A stretch of 63,687 bases of DNA, filler included, from Atractiella rhizophila (taxonomy: Eukaryota), in assembly GCA_021432655.1 (NCBI GenBank). It is 3 parts of 3 records of this genome, joined end to end, with 100 filler letters (N's around TTAATTAATTAA, not from the genome) between each part and the next. Parts side by side here need not be neighbours in the genome. Positions count along the whole stretch, not along the records: positions 30,485 to 55,537 come from MU271561.1; positions 55,638 to 63,687 come from MU271572.1; 1 more part is not named here. One strand, written 5' to 3'. The number at the start of each line of letters is the position of its first letter. The stretch's first letter is position 1. Shown in pieces: positions 50,343 through 61,493 of this stretch. The notes under the pieces are model-generated. The model saw only the letters and a program-made list of their open reading frames with translations. It did not search any database and was not told where the DNA came from. The position numbers and the translations under genes are program-made.

Positions 50343-51784
50343 GGCATAAACTTGCAATGCAACAACAGCGATTTCTGAAGAGGACAATAACCAGATAACT
50401 GTAGTAGTCCTGATGTTATTCCAAGGGAGAGCGCAGAGCAAAAGTAAGCGAAATGGATGGTCGTTTGCCTGGTTCACTCTAAGTGCCAAGTGAGATTTAC
50501 GAAGAAGAAACGACGATGCAAGCCGCAAAACCCGGACCGTATGCGTATCCACGAACGATCTGGCGATGTAATCCACCTTATTCTCCTTGGGATCTCTGGA
50601 ATTCGACCTGTCCTCAGGATGTCTCTTGATCGTCTTATTTGTAGTTCATTTGCAGCTTAGGTGCGTTCAATTTGACTGCGTGAAAGCTGGAGAGGTAAAG
50701 GGGAATTTGTTTTTTCTACGTGTGGGAGATGCTGTTGCTCTATATTTCGATTTCAAGCCCATCTGGTCAAGGACAGTGAAGAAATTAAAGCCAAAGTTCC
50801 CGCTGATGGCGACGGAAAGACAAGGCCGGGTCTTCGAACCGTCGCATCGAAGAAAAAATGATGTTAAAGCTCGCTTCTTCATTCGAGACGAAGCATGATG
50901 CAGCTTCACAGTGCAACCCGCATGGCTGAGCTCCTCGTTGCTTTTCCGTTTCGACACATCGCCCGCATCCTCCTCAAGTATAATGGGACGATGACTAAAA
51001 GGCATCTCAACACCAACCTCTTCCTGCCTTTCACGGAACAGGTTGCTTTCTTTCGTTGCCAATATGAATTGAGAGGTCCCCTTAATCACCTCTTCCCTTT
51101 CTATCAACGGGGATGTGGTTTCATGCTGGGTCTACATGTTTGATTTTATCGATAATTGTCACGTCTCTGACCCATTGTTTCGCTCGACATAGCGGTTGAG
51201 TAATCTATTTTTCGAAGGAGGGAGTGTCGACAAGGCATTGTTATGTGCAAGATAGGAGGCCCTGTCTGCATAAAAATAAAAATAACAATCCCGATCATTT
51301 GTTATCTGAACGTCCGTGGTTGCAAAACCGGAGAACCCATGTCTTCAATGGTGCTATTGAGCAGGTCGAGTCACTTGGAAACCTTTCTGATTTGCGTGTT
51401 CCGCGTTGAAAACGGACCATTTTGAGAGTCTACGTGTTCAACCAAAAACATCATTATCGAAAGTATAATACCCAAACATCGAGGTTTAAAGGAACTTGAA
51501 GGAGACCTCTCGTCACATTGCCCACTTACGCAGAAGTCCTAAGTGAGGGAAATGATGCCAACGAGCACGTTGTATATTATCTGTCTCTCTGGTTGTTCTC
51601 GACCTGTTCTAATTTTTTTCGCTATCCCAGTGGTGTCCCACGTGAAGGTGAAGCAGCGTCAGTCGTGACGTCACATTCCCTCCTTTGCAAAGGAAACGAC
51701 CACCTTTTCTGCTCACGAACAACAAGCAATTAGCTACTACTAGTAACCGATCCTATACCCGTCAAGCATTGTTCAACTCCTACC

Positions 51785-52016
51785 ATGTCGAGCTCGATTT
51801 ATAAAGGGCAGTGCTACTGTGGAAACTTGACCTACACCTTAGACCTGAGCAAACCTGACGAATTGCGTACTTCTATCTGTCATTGCCACAATTGCAAGGT
51901 ATTCCTCTCTTTCCTCGCCAGAAATCAACATGTTAAGTCGAAATCGAATTTAGAAATTCTTTGGTGGCCCCTTCGGCGTGACGTGCAAGATTCCGAAATC
52001 CATCTTTCGATATTAA
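51785..52016 (+). pseudogene. GFA/Mss4-like zinc protein (glutathione-dependent formaldehyde-activating family), truncated
   Basis: MSSSIYKGQCYCG...SICHCHNCK|KFFGGPFG...KSIFRY*. The first two Cys clusters are present; the usual downstream FCxxCG motif was not found. Confidence 0.7.
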
Positions 52017-53135
52017 CAAGCCTTAGAATCCAGGTGGTTACGTGTAGGCAGTAGCAGTAAACTTCAACACTTCGCAGACATCCGTAAACTTCTACAAACT
52101 TTCCAACGACGAAGGAAGACAAGCGCAGACTTAAACTTTATACTGCGTCAGAGAGAATCCGTCACCCTACTCTAGTGATGCAAAGTAAACCGACCAGTAT
52201 CGAACTCTGCGTAAGCATCTAGAAATGAGGAACTAGAGAACGAACACTTTATGTGGAAGTTAGTTTCGCAAGTCGAAAACCGATGGTTGTATCGTTACGC
52301 CTGACTGGACCGTTAAGTCCGTAGGTTGAGAGGAAGTGACTTGTCTTTTTAAGCGGAAACCCTCCCTAGTTGAAGGAGGGAAGCAGGAGGTTTCAAGGTA
52401 TGTAGTGCATCTATAATAGTGGTCGCACGAGGAAGTATTTCCGAAGGCCAGTCATAACTTGACAAGCTGAACTAACCTCTCTATCGCGTGAGGCTTAAGC
52501 TCATATGGTGAAGGTGTTAGGCGCGTCTTAAGCGCGACATTATGGCAAGGTGAAGGCAATAGCGGAGACACTTAGAACCCGCAGGGAAAGCACNNNNNNN
52601 NNNNNNNNNNNNNNNNNNGACCTAATTCAGTTTGCAGATGCAGTGAGTTTCGAAGGGTCATCAAGCAGGGGCCGGTGGGCATCGACATATATCCTTGGAG
52701 GAGGCCACTATCCAATTCCAAGACGATATTTGTACTTCAGAAAGGCACAGAAACCAAATAAAACTGGCCACAAAAAGAGAAAAAGAGGAAGTGAAGGGAG
52801 AAAGGAAACAGAAGAAAACCGTCGGAGGCATCGTAAGAGAATTGATGTGCAGGCACAGTGGACGGACTAAGGAGACAGAGAAGTGAAATATATACTAAAA
52901 TTAAAAGAAGAACCAATCACTCAAGAGAGAAAGTCGGTAACAACTTCGATCCATCATACACTATGTAGTTTGCACATCACATTCTGTTACGTCGTATAAG
53001 ATCCGTTCGTATTTCTTGATCGAGCGGGGCAGAGCAATCAGGGAAAGAACAGAGAGGACAACATGGAGACAAGTTAATAGTATCAAACTTTTTCAATCCC
53101 AGAATCTCTTCGTCCGTCTCATTCTAACAACCCTC

Positions 53136-54979
53136 TTAATCTAACGATATTCGAAGGTCTTCCAATGGAATGGGATTGAAGTTATGGATGTCGATTCCGG
53201 CATTGAGCAGGCCTTGCTCGGCATGGGGAGGCACGAGCGTTTGGATCAAGTCCGGACGAACGGAAAGCTCTGTGTACATTCATCAGTATGTAACATTCAA
53301 AGAGTGAAGAGAAGAGCAAGACGAACCTTCTGCTGTGAAGTTGAAGAGAGGAGGGAGGTCCTTTCCATTCGGCATCTTTGTTTCTTCCAACCTAAGTTCG
53401 TCGAAGAATGGGTGACACATGGCCTCGACGGCCGTCAACCTCGAACCAGGCGTGTATTCGAGTACTTTTCCAATGAGGTCGACGGCTTCCTGAGGAGTGC
53501 GTGGACGGAAGACCTGTCATAGCCACAGTTAACAATGGTAAAGGGAGAAGGAAGAGGAGTAGGACCTTTTGGAATGGGTGTGGACGGATTTGAGGGAACT
53601 TGTGCTCCATGTAATTCGGATTCATGGTTTTGATTTGCTCCCTTGAAGGCGTGCCCAGGATTTTGATGATCTCAACAAGCTGGTCGATCCCAGATTCGCC
53701 AGGGAAGAGCGGCTGTCCAAGCATGAGCTCCGCCATCACGCAACCAGTCGACCAGATATCTGCGCACTCATCAATCAATACCTTCTTTCCTAAAGGAGGG
53801 TACAATGATGTAAAACCACGCACCAATGTTCGTCGTGTAGTTGGTAGCACCGAAGATAAGCTCTGGGGCTCGATAATACCTTGAGCAAATGTAGCTGACG
53901 TTGGGTTCGCCTTCGATGAGTATCTTAGCAGAACCGAAATCACAGAGCTTGAGGACGCCGGTTGATGGGTTGAGCAAGAGGTTTTGAGGCTTGATGTCTC
54001 TGTGGCAGATGCCTACCGAATGGATATAGGCGAGAGAACGGAAAAGTTGATACATGTACACTTTGATGTATTGGATTGGCATTGACTGCTTGAGTTTAGC
54101 GTAGTGGCGGGATGCTCGGTAAACTGTTTCTGGGACGAATTCCTGCACGAGATTGAGGTACACCTCATCCTTCTTTTGCTGCTATGCCTTCAGCTTCGAT
54201 CGACGAAATGACAAAGAGCAGGACTGACCTTCTCGCCGTTCGCATAGAAAAAATAGCGTAGGTCTACGACGTTTGGATGAGAGACCAAACGCATGATTTG
54301 AAGTTCACGGTTCTAATCCACCCTGCCTATCAGAGGCCTGAAGTGATGACGTATCGCGCACGCACCTTGAACCGCTTGTCTTGGAGCACCTTCTTGATTG
54401 CCACTTCCTCCCCTTGCTCGTCTCTCCCACCTGCGATGAGTTTCGCTTGGAAGACGACTCCGAAACTTCCATTGCCGATCACTTTACAGTTCGTGTAAGA
54501 GATCTCTCTCTCCTCGCCACTCTTCCCCGCAGAGGCGAGGACCGTCGTAATTCTATTGGGGTCCTCTACTGGCAGGTAATTCGAGGGTAGTGAAGCAGGC
54601 ATTCTGTGGTTATGTCAAACTAGTCAGTGGCGGTTTCTAACAAGAGGAGCTTATAAACACGCACGGAGTTGAGATCAGATGTCGAGAAGGGAGGTCACAA
54701 GAGGAGGAAAAAAAGTTAGCAAGTGGTCACAAGATCACTCATTCAGCGCTCTTAGTCCGGACCGATCGCGGACTGAGAAGGGGACGAAGAAGGGAACGAC
54801 CAAGGCCAAAAGCTGCGCGACAACGATTGCGCTGCTCAATTGGCATCGTTCAAGGACGAACGCGCCAAACTGGCCACAGCCCTCCCTTCCCTTTCGCGAC
54901 AACGGCGCAGGCCAACGACGGGACGAAACAAGGAAAGGAACGTACGTGAGACCCTGATGCCATTGATAGGACCAGACAT
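53136..54979 (-). CDS. GSK3: Glycogen synthase kinase-3 (RIM11/Gsk3 family), multi-exon
   Basis: [17 protein letters not shown]..., [70 protein letters not shown], ...LEDLRISLD*. Confidence 0.97.
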
Positions 54980-55537
54980 GCTTTCCGTATCGCTGTCGTC
55001 ACTGAGATGGAGAATATCCTTTGAATGCTCTTTCCAAACCTCCGCGTCCAAACCTTCGAAAGACTTGGTCGAACTCTGGTCCTTGTGAGTAGCGTAAGAA
55101 TGAAATCGAGTGTTTGCGGGCGGTCTAGTTTTGGAAGGGAGGAATTTATGGGATTCTTGGACTTGATGAGGCGAATGAGGTGATGAGTGGGAGGTACGGT
55201 TTGAAGAGGAGGGGAAGCAAGACTTGATCCTTTCGAGTACGGAAGGCGTGATTGCTTGATTTTCTTGAAGCTAGACTAGATCTGATTATTTCGTGCAGTT
55301 TTTCATGACAGCGAATGCGGAAAGGGGTTGAAGAATTGCGGAGAAAGGGAGACATTCAACATGGCCCCCTTGACACGACCAGCGGACCAACTCACCTAGT
55401 CAGTTCCAAATGGCCTCAGTAGCGTTCTGAGGTGTTAGTTTTAGGGGTCTGGCAGATGCTGTCGTTGCTGACTGGTCGTTCGAGGGAAAAGAAGAGATGT
55501 CAGTGAGCTGTGAGAAGGTCACTTGATCAACACAGCA

Positions 55538-55637
55538 NNNNNNNNNNNNNNNNNNNNNNNNNNNNNNNNNNNNNNNNNNNNTTAATTAATTAANNNNNNN
55601 NNNNNNNNNNNNNNNNNNNNNNNNNNNNNNNNNNNNN
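55538..55637. other. Artificial contig linker 44N-TTAATTAATTAA-44N
   Basis: Same structure as 30385-30484. Confidence 0.95.
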
Positions 55638-56371
55638 GAGAAGGTGATGAGTGCTACGATTGGTGCTACCACCCACCAACGACGGCAGATCACCCAGAGT
55701 CGATAAACGTAATAAATTTGGACATCTGATCGGCCGCGATAAGTGTTGTGTCGTGCGCCAAAGCGGGCTTACATAGGCAACATGATGCGTCCTGTTTCAG
55801 TAGCTTAGCATGAGTGTGCTCAATGATTAGAACACACGATTAATGGGAAACCTCCTTGCCACCACGATCTTGAGGAATGTCAGAATAAATACCCCGAAGG
55901 TTGAGAGATGCCCACTTGTACGAGAGGGAGGTAGACCCGTCGTAGTCTCCAAAAAACAAGATGGTTTCAATCCAAACAGTTGCACTGTGAGCCGCATGTT
56001 AGGTCAGCTCGTGGGAATTAGACATCGCACAATGTGTGGATCGACTTTAGGACTTGGATGAGAGCCAAGCCAGACACCAGTAATTTATTGCCTATCGGGT
56101 GGTCAACTTTATTCCTGCACATAAACCAGATAGGCACCTATCATGTCGTCGGCATAGAATTTATAATATGCATAGAACTAGGGCTCGATAAGCATCCCAC
56201 TGCGTAGCCCTGAATCGGACACACCTGGGCAAGAAGTACCCCAAACAGAATCATCTCGATGTACCCACCAACAAGCCACGGCCCAATGAGATAGACCGCC
56301 TGTAAGCTATTCAGCAAACAGCAAACAACATGTAGCTCCCAAGGATTTGCGTACGATATGATACTGGTCAT
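55638..56371 (-). CDS. Basidiomycete multi-TM membrane protein (DUF6534-like), 5' part
   Basis: GPWLVGGYIEMILFGVLLAQ|FYAYYKFYADD and VQIYYVYRLWVICRRWWVVAPIVAL match the pattern I associate with this family. Cut by the linker. Confidence 0.6.
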
Positions 56372-56689
56372 CGCTCATAAGCTCGCTGCGATAAGGCATC
56401 TTGAAGAAAGTGAAAATGAGTGGGATAATGGCCACTGGGTCACCACTCTTTTAAATTCAACACGGCTCGACGTCGCAACAAGGGACATGACACACTCTTC
56501 GTGTAATTCTTACCCATGGCGCTCCTCACCTCTGGTAGTTTCATCTGAACCCCGCTTCTCCTGGTATCGTAGAGTCGTCTTGAATGAGCTGACGAAGGAT
56601 GAGCACGGCTTCAATCTGNNNNNNNNNNNNNNNNNNNNNNNNNCCAGATGCTACAGGATGGTAGAGAGCTAAATGTTTGCGGGTAGGAT

Positions 56690-57203
56690 ATCGCAAGAAG
56701 GGGATCAGACTCCACGGTGGTGTCCTCGCTGCCGGAACGCATCAGTAACAGGAGCGAAGAAGAGCAAGAAACTAGAGATGTGCGTACCCTTTCCAACTTC
56801 ATCAATCCTTCCTCCAGGACGAAGTAATGGCTGACTCTGGACGATCCGACCTACAGATGCTGTGTCCCTCTCTGTCCTATTTCATCTTCCTACATCTGGT
56901 ACTGTCCCATCTGTAATTGGGAAGCCGACCAGTCTGGTCCTGCGCCGCCTGTAGCACAAGGAGGGCCGCCAATGATGGGTTCGTGCTTTCCCCTTTCTCC
57001 ATGTGTCGACTGTAGAGGCGCTGACGATGTTTGTTGCCATAGGAGGATACGCCCCTCAACAGCCGATGGGTTGGGGAGGTCCGCCACCGCCGGCAGGCTA
57101 CAATCCTCAAATGCAGGGAGGATACGGAGGGCCGCCTCAGGGAGGGTATATGCCACAACAGCCTCCTCAGGGTGGATACGCGCCAGCCGCCGCAAGGTGC
57201 TAA
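56690..57203 (+). CDS. Small zinc-ribbon protein (zinc_ribbon_15-like) with a G/P/Y/Q-rich tail; 5' exon in gap
   Basis: Spliced ISQEGDQTPRWCPRCRNASVTGAKKSKKLEI|CCVPLCPISSSYIWYCPICNW...MMG|GYAPQQPMG...AAARC*, with two CxxC pairs. Confidence 0.75.
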
Positions 57204-58383
57204 GTACTAGGAATTCTGCACCGTTGGTCACCCGAATCCCTTGAAGAAGAAAGAAGATAAGCACATGCCGGAAGGGAGGAGTTATTAAATTCGCCGCTCG
57301 TGTTTAATTGTTCGCTGGACCTTGATTCCTCTTATGGACTGATGCTTGGAGCTTGATGGTTTTACGTTACACACGAATCTCAAGATCTGACATGCCGATG
57401 TATTATTTCTCTCTTTCAGGCAGACTGAGTGGACACGAGATGCTTTGCACATGCTTTCCAAATAAGTGAATCCTCTCCTTCCATCCGCTCGTGCGACGGC
57501 AGGGGTCTCGCAACCTAATCCCTGAAATCCCATACCTTCTTCCCGTAATACCCTCCCGACACCGCACCCGCCCCCAAAGAGAAGCTTGGGGATGGGACCC
57601 GGCGTACGAAGCCGGTAGGCAGCTGACGCGCTTAGTAACAAAGAGGCAGCTAGCACATAAAACGAGGATGCTCGTCAGTTCTTGATGCATATGAAAAAGG
57701 GAGATAGAATGTACCAGCGGCGCCTTTATAACCGACGTCGAAGTTCCCTCGACGAATTTTATCCCCGCTGACATAGTAACAGGAGTCCAACACCAACACC
57801 TGCTAGTCTGTTCCACACAAAATCCAAAACCAGTACATCAGATATCCGAAAACGAAGAGTGAGCGGAAAGGGAAGGAACATACAAAGAGGGAATGGAACG
57901 AGCTCGAGCGAAACCGATGGCGCCGCCAACCATGCATAAGCCTGCCATCGTATACGCGGGGTGGTGAGACTATCCGCATTCACAGGACAGTAAGCACCAC
58001 TGTTGCTAAACACGACAAGAAATGGATGAAGGGTCATACCATGTCCTGAGAGTTTTGAGAGGTTGAAGAGGAGGCAAGCAAGGGAGAGAGCTCGCGTGAG
58101 AGGCGGCAGACGGTGGGCTGCAGCTTGATATCCTGATATTGTACTTCGGGAAGCTATTTGCTTGAAAGCAAAGCAGGGACAGTTCGCGACTTGCTGGATT
58201 TTTCTCAGGTCAAGTTGCACGTGACCTCGCCGAACTGTGGATACGATGACTCCTCCGTTAGAGTCATGGTTCCCGTCTACTGCTTCGACACCACTCTGGG
58301 GAATTCCCTGTCCTTCCAACACCTCTTCTCTCCCCATCATTCTCCCCCTCATTGCAACATTCAGGTCACGCATTAGGTGATCC

Positions 58384-58829
58384 TGTAATGATTGTTAGTA
58401 TCTCTCCTTACTCCCCTATTCCGTCTCTTATGATTGTTACTTTGCTCTCTTGCATATTCGATGATTGTTTATGGTATCATTGGTATTTCATGTTTATATA
58501 AGGCCTATCGTACAGCTATGTAAATTCAGACTTGTTCCCAGTCTCAACCTCGCATTCCGCACTCTCGCATTTCTAACCTTAACCTTTCCGTATACGCCGT
58601 ATTCACAGTTGATCAACTGTGAGGTTAAGCTCTTACCTCTAAGCAGTTTGACCTTACCAGTCTAATTAATCCTTCGACTTCTGCCGCTTCAGAAGTCGCC
58701 GTAACGTGGACCGATTTTCCACAAGAGCTCTTCCCGCTTTATTGACATACTAGTATTATTACGTACTCGATCGACCTAGGGACGCCTTCGTCTTCGACAA
58801 CTCATTCCTTCTTCAAATCCACGAGAACA
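58384..58829 (+). repeat. Probable 5' LTR/leader of the Ty3/Gypsy element
   Basis: Starts TGTAATG, is T-rich, has a TATATAA box near 58495 and lies directly before gag. No second LTR or clear PBS, so the ends are unconfirmed. Confidence 0.45.
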
Positions 58830-58844
58830 GGCTTTCTCGCCGCA

Positions 58845-61442
58845 ATGGATCCCGCTACGATGTCTCCACACCCCCACCAATCTTCCAGCCCACCAACTAT
58901 TACGATTTCAGAAGCAGAGTATCAACATCTCCTCGAACAAATACAACTCAGCGCAGCTCGCGAAAACCGATTCGACAGCCTCCTCGCCAGCCTAGAAGCC
59001 CTTACGATCGCCCAGAACAAGGTAGCATCCGCTCGGAAGGGAACTCTTCGAGCAGAGCTCCAGGTCTATAAGGGTGGTTATTTAGAGGATGTCGTTGCGT
59101 GGATAAGCTTGGTGGAGGACCAGTTGAAGGACAACTCGGTTCCTTACGCCAACTACACCACCTCCGCCGCTGCCTTTCTTCGAGACGGTGCTCGCCAATG
59201 GTACCTTTCACTTAAGGCACAGAACAACGACGTCGCTCCTACTTGGGAAGAATTCAAGGCCGCTCTTCTCGAAAAATACGCTTCTCCTCTTCGATCTGAT
59301 GAATTGCGTCTGCGTATCAAGGAACTACGATATACTCGTATGGACGACTTCATCGAGAAGTTTCAACGACTAGCGACCCAGATTCCAGAGAACGAAATGA
59401 CCTACCTCGACAAACGAGATCGTTTCCTCGACGCTCTACCCATGGAACTGGCCCATCGAATTCGATTGGAAAGTACCCCCGACCTCGAATCGCTCTACTC
59501 TGTTGCTCGCAACTTGGCTCGTCTCCTTCAACTCTCTTATGGAAAGAAGAAGGACGAACATCGACACTCCAAGAATTCTCGAAATCGACGACACACCTTC
59601 AGCACCTTCTCCCCATCCACTTTCAGCTCCTCCAAGCCAATAACGACCACTACGAGTCTTCCAGCAGGAGAACCGATGGACTTGGACGTTATCGACGAAG
59701 CAACAGCTAGGTGCTTCAATTGTAATAAGATTGGGCACTTGGCTGCGAAATGTCGCTCTCCAAAGCGACATAACCATTCGACTTCCTACCCGAATCGAAA
59801 TTCGACGAATAGGAATGGAACTGGAGGAAATAATCGACAAACAGGGAGAAGACCAGGAGGTACGAATAGGGTATTTAAGGTGGAAGGACCGAACGAAAAT
59901 CTGGAGGAAGAAATAGGAGACTTCAACATCGAAGGAATAGAAGAAGAAGAACTGAACATGATCGAAAGTTATCATGTTCAGGCGAATTCATCTCTGCCGA
60001 CTTTCAGAGGAACGTTCGAAGGGCGACCTATCAAGATTCTCATCGACTCAGGCGCCTCTTCGATTTATATTAGCGAACGTTTCGTGGAACGACATTCACT
60101 CGAAACTATCCAAGTCCCTGCACGAACGATTCGATTGGCCGCAGGAAAAGGAGGAAAGGTGGATAGGATTGTGGAAGGGATGTTCACGATAGGTCCCCTT
60201 TCCCACTCCTTGGCTGCTTACGCTATGCCTCTCGTCTCTTTCGACCTCATCTTAGGACTACCTTGGCTCAAGAAGATCGCTCCCCTCGTCGACTATCGAA
60301 CAAACACTTACGAAGTCTTCATCGACAATCACCAGTCCTTCACACTTACGCCCTATCGAGAAGAAGACGAGGAGTTCTTGGGAGTTACGGATCAGAAGGA
60401 AGCTCCCAAGGCTAGCATTCTTGCGAAGTTCGGCAAGGCTCTCAAGGAATTTGCGCGACTTTCGTTTCCCGCTTTATTTCAGACGACGGTGGAACACCCT
60501 CCTGAACGAGAATGGGCTCACGACATCGATACGCAAGATGCAACACCTATTCGAGTTCAAGGACGACCACACACACCTCTCGAACATGAAGCGATAAGAG
60601 AATTCGTGGAAGATGGACTCAAGAAAGGAATTATCTCTCCTTCGTCCTCTCCCTGGTCGGCTCCGCTCCTTCTCATCAAGAAGACAGATGGATCTCTTCG
60701 AGTTTGCGTGGATTATCGACAACTTAACAAGAAGACGGTCAAGAACGCTTACCCTCTCCCACGAATCGACGACTGCTATCTTTTCCTTTCAAAGGCCCGA
60801 CTTTTTACAACATTGGATCTCAAGTCAGGCTATTGGCAAGTAAGGCTGACGGATAGATCGAAACCAAAGACCGCCTTCACCTGTCGACATGGACAGTTCG
60901 AATTCAACGTGATGCCCTTTGGTTTAACTGGCGCTCCTGGCACCTTCCAGAGATTCATGAACGATATCATGAAACCCCTCGTAGATCGATGTGTCCTTGT
61001 TTATCTGGACGACATTATCATCTTCTCGCCTACCACTCAACAGCACAAGAAGGACGTCTTGGAGGCCCTGAAGATTCTCAACGAGCAATCTTTAGTTATT
61101 AATGAAGAGAAATGTCATTGGGCAAGGGACTCATTGATTTACTTAGGTCATATTGTCGACGGCAGAGGAATACGAACGAATCCCGATAAAGTCGACAAGA
61201 TCCTCAGTTGGCCAACTCCTGCCACTATCACTGACGTCCGAGGATTCATCAATCTGGCAACTTATTATAAACGTTTCGTTCCGAAATTCTCTCATATCAT
61301 GTCGCCCCTCTACGATCTAACCATGGGAGCTCCAAAGAAACGATCGGCGATTATCTGGACTCAAGATTGTCAACAATCCTTCGAGGCGATAAAACAATGC
61401 CTAACATGTGCACAGTTTAAAATATTCTCCCCGGTAGTCTGA
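58845..61442 (+). mobile_element. Ty3/Gypsy LTR retrotransposon gag-pol single ORF, truncated after RT (no RNase H, integrase or 3' LTR)
   Basis: Gag (LRDGARQWY...TWEEFKAAL), zinc knuckle CFNCNKIGHLAAKC, protease LIDSGAS, RT (SPWSAP, CVDYRQLN, LDLKSGYWQ, MPFGL, YLDD). Homology stops at SFEAIKQCLT near 61405. Confidence 0.96.
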
Positions 61443-61493
61443 CGTTGGGTAAGAAATATTTGTCTAAGAAGCTCAAATTGATTCTGGGTGAAG

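Noticed and set aside
50400..51700. Short ORFs between the ARM and GFA genes
   Set aside because: No motifs or coherent exon chain; treated as intergenic or decayed sequence.
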